A DNA stretch of 64,000 nucleotides from Octopus sinensis (Eukaryota). Shown one piece after another: positions 38,987-49,404 of this stretch. The notes beneath the pieces are model-generated. The model was not told where the DNA came from. It saw nothing but the letters and a program-made list of their open reading frames with translations, and searched no databases. The position numbers and the translations under genes were made by a program. Position 1 is the stretch's first letter. The number at the start of each line of letters is the position of its first letter. The stretch is from the NCBI RefSeq assembly GCF_006345805.1, contig NC_043016.1, positions 28,086,001 to 28,150,000 of the forward strand, read 5' to 3'.

Positions 38987-39817
38987 CAGATGTTATGATG
39001 TCAGAACAAAATAGCAGTTTTTGGTAAGAAAAACAGCTTTAATTCAAAAGATGAGGAAATATGCAAATTTGCAAAACTACAATCAACATACAATTGGCAT
39101 GAAGTGCTGGTGATACGTAACCGTTACTAGCATCGCCTTACTGGCACTTGTGCCAGTGGAACGTGAAAAACATTCGAGCAAGATTGTTGCCAGTGCCGCT
39201 GGACTGGCTCCTGTGCAGGTGGCACATAAAAAGCACCATTTGAGTGTGGCCGTTGCTAGTACTGCCTGACTGGCCCTCGTGCTAGTGGCACGTAAAAGCA
39301 CCCACTACACTCTCAGAGAGGTAGGTGTTAGGAAGGGCATCGAGCTGTAGAAACTCAGCCAGATCAAGATTGGAGCCTGGTGCAGTCAGGCAGTACTGGC
39401 AACGGCCACGCTCAAATGGTGCTTTTTTATGTGCTACCTGCATAGGAGCCAGTCCAGTCGCACTGGCAATGACCTCGCTTGAATGTTTTTTTCACTTGCC
39501 ACCAGCATAAGTGCCAGTAAGGCAATGCAGGTAACGATCACATTTGAATGGTGCTTTTTACGTGCCACTGGCACGGAGGCCAGCTTGTTGTTCTGGCAAC
39601 GATCACACTCATATGGCACTCTTAGCACTCCACCAGCACGGATACCAGTCAGCATTCTAATTTTTTTAAGGTAAATATCAAAGTAAAGTAAAATATGAAA
39701 TATGTTTCACAATTGGTTTATTCTGAGATGTTCCAACCAGGAGGAACTTTTCTTTCTTTTGGCTGCTTTAGTGGATTCCCATGACTCTTTGTTGCCATCC
39801 AATTCCATTGTTATGAA

Positions 39818-40549
39818 CTACTTCAATACCTGTTGCTACGCTGCCAGATAAAAATATTTCTAAATCATGCATGTACCTTCATAAATTGTGCAAATAATGT
39901 TTAGATTGACCTCCTCAGATAAGATTATTAACAGTTTGAATACTGTTGAACAATGACATTTATTTAAAATACTGACTTGCACTTAAAAATTCTCATAAAC
40001 TTGTAAGTTACAATGCTGACAACTATACATAACTACCTGTTTATCTATTTATCTTACGCACTCACACACACTCTCTCTCTCTCTCTCACACTGTATTTCT
40101 CTCTCAACAACAATCTTTTCTCCTCCTCGTATTTTATTCAAAGTAAAAGTCTTTTTTAAAGTGTATACTGCATTTTCTATTCTTCCAAGACAGAAACAAA
40201 CACACACAAACAAACAAAAAAGATAACTATCTTTCAAAACTTGTTAGTTACGATAGTGACAACACAACTTATTTTGCTTATCTTTCACACATTCTCTCTC
40301 TCTCTCTCTCTCTCTCACAACAACTTTTTCCCTCCCTCTAATAGATGTTAACAAAGACAGACTATGGTGACAACATTATCTATCTATCTATCTTTCACAC
40401 ACGCTATTTCCCTTTCGATAACTTTCTCCCCACTTCTAAAAATACATATAGTGACATATATTTTGATTCCACCTCTTCTTCCACACCTCTTATAGATATT
40501 GCAATGGAAAGACAGACACAGAGATCCACTTGCCTTTTATAATATAAGA
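39818..40549 (-). mobile_element. Probable non-autonomous Helitron, about 730 bp, decayed
   Basis: Minus-strand 5' end a|TCTTATATTATAAAAGG...tgtgtctgtc resembles the 57107 terminus. The left end has only a degenerate hairpin and CTAG-like site (aactacttcaatacctgttgctacgctgccag). Internal (CT)n tracts. Confidence 0.55.
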
Positions 40550-41442
40550 TTTGAATTGAGCGTTTGACTCACAGTGAATCATACACAGTCAATAATATAG
40601 CAAGTAAAACATGCAGATTGAATTGCTTATTTATGAAACTAAAAACTTCAATGTTACTTAATTAAAAAAATCCATGAACAATATAAAATATGAATACTCT
40701 CAAAAGAGGTGTATGTTTGAGGGAAAGAGTAATAAAGAATGGTTGTCGAAAATCCAGCAGTTCTCTGTTGATTGGTTAATACAGAGTAAAAGATAAAAAT
40801 CAAAAGTAAAAAGACATGTTTTAGTGACAAGCTGTATAAGGTCCTCAAGCAATTTTAGTGAATTGTCTGTGAAAAGCTCTGCAGTTTGTCTCTGTTTCTC
40901 ATGTAAAACTTGTCTCATATAAGGCCAAATATCAGTTATCAATGTGTATATAAATCAGAGTTTAGAGAACTCCATTGTTTCTCTCGGCCCATGAAAGTTC
41001 CTGTTACCAGCTGGTTTTCTTAGAGACCATCTGTTTTTTTTCTTTTTCTTTTTCTTGTATTTTTCAATCAAAGGAACAATTCTGAATATTTAGGTTTATG
41101 CATGTGAAGCAGAGGGCTTTAGTTTCAAATCCTGGTTGGGTTATCAATACAGGTGTTTCATAATGTACTAGGAAAACTAATTAATATCAGTACCTAGCAA
41201 TTTTTCTGACAAACCATAAAATTTTTTTCTGGGTTAAAAAAAAAACAACATTCTCAAACTGGCTGGGACACCGGGAGATTATTAAACTAGGCAAGTCCTA
41301 GTCAAACTAGGATGCAAATTACCATATATATAATGAATGTAAAAAGACAAACAAGTATTTATATAAAGTTATATTATTTTGCATGGAATACTAGTTAATA
41401 AAAAGCGAACAAATAAATCTATTACAAAAATATATTACTTAC

Positions 41443-41512
41443 ACAGAACAAACAGAACAATGATGACAACGATCTGGTTTGATACATTTACACTTTTCAC
41501 AGTATCGTGGTG
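41443..41512 (-). CDS. ZDHHC2/15/20: DHHC palmitoyltransferase, 70-nt exon, N-terminal half of the cysteine-rich domain (APRYCEKCKCIKPDRCHHCSVCS)
   Basis: tttctttccag acceptor, gtaagt donor; CxxC-x3-KPDRxHHCSxC signature. Confidence 0.97.
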
Positions 41513-42429
41513 CTGGAAAGAAACAGATAAATATCTATATACCATAATATATATATAAATCATATTTCTTCTGTCCACTTTTCCATGCTTGCATAGGTCA
41601 GACAAAATTCGCTGAAACAGATTTTCTAAAGCCAGATGCCATTCCTGATACCAATTCTCATCTGTTTCCAAGCAATTACTATTTCCCCCCATGGTGGACA
41701 TGTTTTCACAGTAGACTGGAAATGAATGACACAATTTCAATAAAGGTGACACTTGTTTACAACTTCCATGCAATATCAACATAAGGAAACACAAAGACAC
41801 ACACACACATACACACAAATGACAGGCTTCTTTCAGTTTCTGGCAATCAAATCCACTCACAAGACTTCAGTTGACCCAGACTTGTACTAGAAGATACTAG
41901 CCCAAGGTGCAGTGCAGTGGGAAGAAAATTAACCATGCATGGAAAGAAGGAAGTTCACCAGGGATTTTAACTGAGATGCTGAAAACACCCAGTGAAATAA
42001 AACACACACTACTTACTCGTATACATCAGCAGTCTCCCATATCAACAATGGCTATTTTGTTCAGACTTCTCTGAAACAAAATGCCTTTGATGGTTAGTAA
42101 GACAGTTGGCATCATTCCCCAACCAGACTGCCTCTCTGGGCCTCCACACCATGTACCAAGTGATGTACAAGAGGGCGATGAGCATGGTTGATGATGAGGC
42201 TGCCCCACAGTTGCAGCTTACTTGCCAGTTGTTGATGATCACCTGCTGTCTTATGGTACAGATCTTCTGCTTGGCTGCAATAATCTTGAAGCCATTGATC
42301 TAGGACTCTTCTGCCTTGTCAAGTTATCCAACATCCTACTACTTTCAAATACTCAGAAAATTTCCTAGGTAAAGTTAATAGGTTTTGTTGCTGAGATGAT
42401 CTAATTAACAATGGAAGGGATTGTTCTTA

Positions 42430-42820
42430 ATACATAGTAGCCAGAGTAAGAAAGTGCAAGGAGTGTAAAGGTTGAACAGAAATGAGGCGAGCATGCTTTA
42501 CTGGGTGTGTGGTGTTAGTGTGAATGAAGAACAAAGAAAAACTGGGTATAAGAAGAATGAGATGTAATGTGTAAGAGAGAATACCAAAATGGTTGAGACG
42601 TGATGTGTATGGATGATGACAGTTGGGTAATGAAGTACAAAGTGATCCATGTGAAAGGAACATGAGAGAAGATGACATGGAAAGAAGTGTTGGAGTCTGA
42701 TTTCATGATGTGGAACATCACCAAGGAGATTATAAAGGATCACAACAAGTGTCACGATGTTGTGAAAGAGATCTGTCTAACCTATACAAACATGGAAAAA
42801 CACACAATATAATGATGGAA
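42430..42820 (+). mobile_element. RTE-clade LINE 3' remnant; related fragments at about 21225-21420 (+), 13090-13330 (-) and 7200-7320 (-)
   Basis: Shared decayed sequence agaaaaactgggtataagaagaatgagatg...gacatggaaagaagtgttggagtctgat, also seen in 45955-46200. Confidence 0.65.
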
Positions 42821-44004
42821 TTACTATGTGTCATTCAGTTTCTATCTCGAAATAGCTCTATAAAATAACAATAGAGCTATTCAGATATGACATCTAGAAC
42901 ATGCTCCCACACAGTCTAATGCATTAAGTAAACAACTAGATATGACCTAGATATTTCACTTGTTGCTTACTGTAAAGTTTGTGCCAAGTCATGCGTTTAA
43001 ATAAGAATTACTAATTAGTTAACTAACCACGCATAGTAGTTTAAACCATTGTGTCACTTTAATTTTGATAGATAATAGTTGAAAACTATAAGCAATTGTT
43101 TGTGCTTTCTTTTTTAAGTTTTCTATTTTTAAGTACACTCAATAAAAATAAAACAGACTAGTTTTGACATAATAAATCAATATTTTCTCACCTGTCTACC
43201 CAGAGTATATTTCTGAAGTTTGTTGTTTAAATAACACGCAGCATTAAGCAATGATAATGATAGGCATAAATGTTGCTGTGTGGTAAGAAGTCTGCTTCCC
43301 AATCTCATGGTTCCAGGTTCAGTCTCACTGCATGGCATCTTCGGCAAGTGTCATACTATAGACCAAAGCCATGTGAGTGAATTTGGTAAGATGGAAACTG
43401 AAAGAAGCCCAGTGTGTGTGTGTGTTCTTCTGGCATTGTGCAATAGTTGTAAATGAGTGTCATTTGCATGTCAGTAGTGTCCTTCATTTCCAATCTTCAG
43501 TGAGAACAACCCAGGTGATGGGGAAATATTAATGTTACTTGGAAACTGATGAGGGCAGGCAAGCATGGAAAAGTAGATGCTAAAATGATGATGATGTTGA
43601 TGATGAATACATTAGACACATCCCATTGTTCTACATTGCCTCATGAGAAATAAGTAACAGGATTCTCTACAAAAGATATGATTGTCAAGTGTCACATCCA
43701 AGAGGAGATTTAACTATTAAACACAGATGTTTCTAGAACTTGGAGCTAATTATGATTGCTGAAAGGACTGATTTTTCAATTTTATTCTTTTTTTTTTTAC
43801 TTTCAGAAATATATTCTGAAACAACACACAATATCTGTTTAACAATTTTTCAAAATCTTTTATGAGCAGAAAACCAACAACTGGTGATAGTTTGTCAACA
43901 GAAAAAGAAAAAAGAAAATTTTTTATAAGCCAATGGAATGTACATTAGGGTATGCTATTTTCTTTAAATATTATCGAAGTATATAAGTAAATGTTATTAC
44001 TCAC

Positions 44005-44125
44005 CTCCAGATATTGTTTTACATTGTATAGGTAAATTTTTAGCATAATGTGTAAGGAGGGCTCTTTGATTATCTTCCCTTAATTCAGCATCCAGTGCTT
44101 CAACTTCCTGCTGGCTGAGGTAGAA
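44005..44125 (-). CDS. ZDHHC2/15/20: DHHC palmitoyltransferase, 121-nt exon (FYLSQQEVEALDAELREDNQRALLTHYAKNLPIQCKTISG)
   Basis: tttctttggacag acceptor, GAG|gtgagt donor; phase 0-1; FxLS...AKNLP..T.SG resembles the subfamily linker. Confidence 0.93.
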
Positions 44126-45690
44126 CTGTCCAAAGAAATAACAAGCAGTTACAGAATGTGATAGATTAAGGTATGTTATAGAAACTTAGCAGTGCTGCTA
44201 TCTGAACAATTAAGAAACTTAATAAATAAGAAAACAATAATTAGTGATTTCATTAAAAAAAACAAATGTTATAACTATTCATTTTATAATTCGAGGAAAA
44301 GGTAATATGAGCAGGAAGCACCAGGTTTAGTGAGAAATCACTTAAAAATATTCTGTTGTGTCTGGGGAGAGTCATTTTCTTTTTTTGCCTTATTATTTAA
44401 TACACTCACCGGTAAAATTTCCACTTATCTCTTATTTTTATTTTCCTAAAATTTTCGTTGTATCTTGCAACCTTTTCAGTAAACTTGAAAGGTGCAAGAT
44501 GCAAAAAAAATACGGATGGTGCTCTTGGCACCCTACTAGCACAGGTACAAGTGCCAGTAAGGCGACGCTGGTAACGATCACACCCGAATGGTGCCCTTTA
44601 AGTGCCACTGACACAGAAGCCGGTTAGCCGCTCTGTCAATGATCACACTTGTATGGTGCTCTTAGCACCCTGCCAGCATGGATGCCAGTCATCGATTTTG
44701 ATTTTGCTTTTGATTGATTTGATTTCACTTGCCTCAACAGGTCTTCGCAAGCAGTGTTTTAGTGACCAAAGAAGGAAAAGGTTACGTGTATATATATATA
44801 TAATAAAGGATCCCCTTCATTCATGAATGACCATGGAATTGTACCTAGAAAATTCCCCTCCAAGGCACAAGTCCAGACAAAGTTGTTTATGTATACCGGC
44901 CTCCCCTCTCCACACCACCAATGTTATCCAAGGGAAAGGCAAATGCTGATACAGCTTGTGACACACCAGTGACATTTTAACTCAATTTTACAGCTGAGTG
45001 AACTAGAGCAACATGAACTAAAGTGTCTTACTCAAGAACACAACACAGCCTGGTCCAGGAATCAAACTCACTACCTCATGATTGTGAGCCTGACACTAAC
45101 CACTGAGCCATGCACCTCCACACACACAGAGTCTTCCAATGCCAGGGTTAGGGTTTACAACCCTGTAACTTAATGGTTCAGTAGAAGAGAGTGGCAGAAA
45201 AAAAGCACCAGTCTTAAAAATCAGTACTGAGGTCAATTTATTCAACTAAACCCTTCAGGGTGGTACCCTAACATAGCCATAGTCCAATGATTGAAACAAT
45301 TAAAAAGTGAAAGATAAATATTCAATTAATTTGTAAAAACTTTTATAAAAAAAAACCTTCTATCGTCAATAGCCTCTACTGTTATAATAGGACACACCCA
45401 ATGGATAATTCATATAAAAGTAAATCTTAATAATTTCCTTTTCTTATCAGTTTGCTAAAGTAATTTTGATTTCACTGGACAGTTGCCATTAATATCAATC
45501 ATAGTATTGATAGATATTACAGTATGATGTATTACAGTCAACTTTCATATGAAATTACAAAATTTTTTGACAAGAATATCAGATGTAGAGGCTAGAATAA
45601 AAAGGTATTAAATTGAAAATAGATTTAAATGGTCTAAAAATAATATTTTCATTGAGAAAACAAGAACATTTTAAAATACTCAATACTTAC

Positions 45691-45785
45691 ATTTTTGGGT
45701 ACCTTTCCATTTGGTGTGAAGATGGTCTGTATATATGACCAGTTAAACAGTATAAGTAAAGGATGGTAGAAGAGTAAATATAATA
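45691..45785 (-). CDS. ZDHHC2/15/20: DHHC palmitoyltransferase, 95-nt exon containing TM2 (VLYLLFYHPLLILFNWSYIQTIFTPNGKVPKN)
   Basis: cttccacag acceptor, gtaagt donor; WSYxxTIFT motif typical of ZDHHC2/15/20. Confidence 0.93.
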
Positions 45786-45954
45786 CTGTGGAAGATATAG
45801 ATATGAAATTTTAAATAGATATTCAAAATTTTTAATAGATACATACACATACATATAATATTTATCAAGAACATTCTAGAACTGAATATAGTAAAATGAC
45901 ATCTTCATCACTATTATTTTATGTCTGTATGTCTTTGCTTGCATAGCCTGAATA

Positions 45955-46485
45955 GATCTCCAACCTCTCACCACTCAGTCATCTCTTTCACAAGGTTCAG
46001 CATCTTGAAATCAGACTTCACTACTTCTTCAGTTTTCCTCTTAACACAAGATCTTTCCATTAGTACTTCGTTATCCAACTGTCATCCTCCACACACATCA
46101 CATGTCTCTACCACTTCAGTCTTCTCTCTTACACACAGTTTTGCATTGTCCTTCATTCACATTAGCATTAATAACACATCCAGCAAAGTATGATGGCCTC
46201 TTTTCTGCCCAACCTTTATACACCTTTCACATTCACTGCTTATGTTTAGCCACCATGTAACACCACACTTCATACGCAATCATCATACAATCCACCATTC
46301 ACTGAGAGAAAGAGAAAGAATCCCAGGGGTGCTAACAAAGGTAACAGCTCCCTAAACTTTTTACAATCCATTCTTACCCTGGCTACTATGTATTCAGAGC
46401 ACTCCCTTCCACTGTTAATTAGATCACCTTGGTAACAGAAGCCATCAACTATTCCTAGGAAAGTCCTCTGAGAATTTATTTTCAA
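45955..46485 (-). mobile_element. RTE-clade LINE remnant (3' part of ORF)
   Basis: ORF 46270..46485 IVDGFCYQGDLINSGRECSEYIVARVRMDCKKFRELLPLL resembles the FxYLG...ARI..W..FREL motif. Confidence 0.8.
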
Positions 46486-48314
46486 CTGCTAACCAACACC
46501 TGTGCTGATGGTACATAAAAAAGCACCTTTCGAGTGTTGCGCCTCACAGGGGCAATGACAAATGACTGAGACCTTTGGCAATATGCCGTGCTTGAGAAGA
46601 CCCATCAAGCAAACTTGTGGCAAATACTGGTGTCATGCTAATGACAACTACACCAGTGGCATGTAAAAGTACCCACTACACTCTTGGAGTGGATGGTATT
46701 TGGAAGGTCATCCAGCTGTAGAAACCATGCCAAATCAGACAAGAGTCTGGTGCAGCCCCTCAGCTTCCCAGCCCTAGTCAACCCCTGAAACTCATGCCAG
46801 CATAGACAATGGACATTAAATGATGGTGACGATGCTAACCACTCCCGTGCAATTGTTTATATGAAGTTTTTCTCTGTCAGCTTGCCTGTGACTCCGTGAA
46901 CTTTATGTGTCTCCATAGTTCATACTGGGTATCCTGTACACAAAACTCCCGAGTCCTTTTCTACAAACTGGTTCTTGTTTAATTAGTCCAGAGAGGGACA
47001 TAATCCAGAAGGAAATTAAATTTTGTTTGAAGATGAGCAAAACTATCACCAAAACCTGTAATCAAATATGATTCAAACATTCTCATTGTGTGTATGCGTG
47101 TGTGAATGAAAGAACCATTTACAAAGTGTCAAATTATTTTCTGATTGTTAACAGAGAAGTCGAAACAAGATTGTATGCTTTGCAATTTTACGTGAGTCTC
47201 GCATGTACTACAATGTCTGATGTGCTTAATTGATAGATTTCTTTTCTGCAGAGGGAAAACATATGCTACAATGTGTTCAGCTCATCAGTTATTAGTAGAG
47301 GGTGAAATTGTTTAAAGGTAAACAAAAAACAAATCACAGAGACATACTTGTTCAGCTGACACAAAAGAAATCTTAGTTCATTCACCAAAACGAACACAAT
47401 GTTAATTGATATTTTTCATTGATGATGATGGTTCCAGCTATTGTATACAAAACATCTGTTGCCAGAATTGTGAAGGTAAGTGCTATTCCCTGGAAGGCCA
47501 TAGCAAATGGTGGTTTGTTTGTGAAAACTGTAAGGGGGGGGGGTATTAGCTTAACAGCACAACACAAACTATTCTGTGCACATTGATTTTCTTAGTTTAT
47601 CAGTAATCAGCTGGTGTTTCTGTGACTAAATACACATATTGTGTTACATCGATCTCCAATGTTATAGCAAGACAACTGACATCAATAATAAACGACACTA
47701 AATTATTATGCTGAATAACAGTGTTTTATCACTATTTTGTCATGCTGATTTTCAGAAATCAGTAACCTAGCTGGCATGACATTAAATCCACTATATACAT
47801 GATTTTGTATATAAATGGTGCTCTTAATATTTGTTATCATGAGTGACAGTGTGGTTGAGAAGCTTGCTTTCTAACCATGTGATCTTGGGTTCAATCCCAC
47901 TGTATGGTTCTTAGGGTAAGTGTCTTCTACTATAAGCCCAGGGTCAACCAGAGGATTTGGTATATTGAAACTGGGAGAAGCCCATCATGTGTGTGTGTGT
48001 TCTTGTCTTGACTGCAAGTGATGGTTCAAATGTGCATCAGCATCATATAAATAGCGCTGTTCATTTCCAGTCTTCTATGTTTGGCCATAGGGAAATGTTA
48101 CCATACTTGGAAACAGGTGAGAGTTCACAGTAAGAAGGCCATAGAAAATCTGCATCAACAAATTCGATCTGACCCATATATGCAAACCAAATCCTGCACC
48201 TAATATATATATATATTAAATTTTGAGAGAGAGTCTACAGAAATGTTTACTGCTGTAAAGCTTTAATACTTTCGTCTCTCTTTAGCATTATAAAAAGAAG
48301 AAAATGATATTTAC

Positions 48315-48341
48315 CTTTCTCAAGAACACTGTCAACAGTAA
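48315..48341 (-). CDS. ZDHHC2/15/20: DHHC palmitoyltransferase, 27-nt coding exon (xTVDSVLEK), loop between TM1 and TM2
   Basis: Long poly-T tract then ccag acceptor; AAG|gtaaat donor; phase 1-1; joins the next exon in frame. Confidence 0.85.
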
Positions 48342-49362
48342 CTGGAAAAAAAAAAAAGAGAATCATTTAAGGATCTTAACAAGAAACAAAAAAACAAATT
48401 CAATATTGCGACAGTTGTGATTATAAAAGCAAGTGATAACAGAGTGATGCGCAACATACATTTATGACAAAGTTACTTAATATTGACTTAACCATATTAG
48501 TTTGATAGAGAGTGTGTCTTTAGGTAAACGCATAAAAAATAGGCTCTAAAGAAAAGTTCACACAGCTTTTTTGTTACTTGAACATGAAATTGTCTAAAAT
48601 AGTTTTATCAGTAAATTGGTTCTGTGGGGACAAGAGAGTGACAAGAGTTGTTTAAACATATTCCATTTTCGTATTTTCTCATTCTAATATCAGGGATAAT
48701 TTCAAGTGCAACTTCCAGAAAATTGAACAAGATTTTTATGGTTAAATACAAGACACATTTATCTACTGCATGGTAGTTTTTTTTTATTTTCCATAGCTAC
48801 ATATTAAGAAGAAAGTATGGGCAAGCTTGAAAAGATTGTGCTAATGGAAGGTTAAAGGTACCAACTGTCTTGTCATGGAAATATCATTTTCCCTACAATG
48901 GTGATGATATACACTGTACTTTGATTCCTGCACTCACCTGAACATACTTTCATTAATATTTAATTCACAGAAGGTGCATGAGCTGGCAGAAGTGTTAGCA
49001 TGCCAGATGAAATGCTTAGCAGTATTTTATCTGTCTTTACATTCTGAGTTCAAATTCTGCTGAAGTCAACTGCGTCTTTTATCCTTTCAGGGTTGATAAA
49101 TTAAGTACCTGTTGCATACTGAGGTCGATCTAATTGACTGGCCCCCACCCCCAAAATTTCGGGTCTTGTGCCTAGAGCAGAAAGGAATATTTAATTCACA
49201 AATCAGGCATGGCTGTGTGGTAAGAAGATTTGCTTACCAACCACATGGTTCCGGGTTCAGTCACACTGTGTAGCACCTTGGGCCACTGCCTTCTATTATA
49301 GCCTCGGACTGATTAAAGCCTTGTGAGTTGATGTGGTAGACAGAAACTGAAAGAAGCCCATC

Positions 49363-49404
<42 letters not shown>

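Larger units (their letters stand above)
23468..48341 (-). other. ZDHHC2/15/20: Span of the reconstructed coding exons (2-11) of a ZDHHC2/15/20-subfamily palmitoyltransferase gene; 5'-incomplete
   Basis: Manual splicing of 10 GT-AG exons (27,95,121,70,33,121,136,127,75,100 nt) gives an open frame: [301 protein letters not shown]. Confidence 0.93.

Noticed and set aside
41435-41860. 141-aa minus-strand ORF overlapping the zinc-finger exon
   Set aside because: Wrong frame relative to the true exon and mostly SINE-derived
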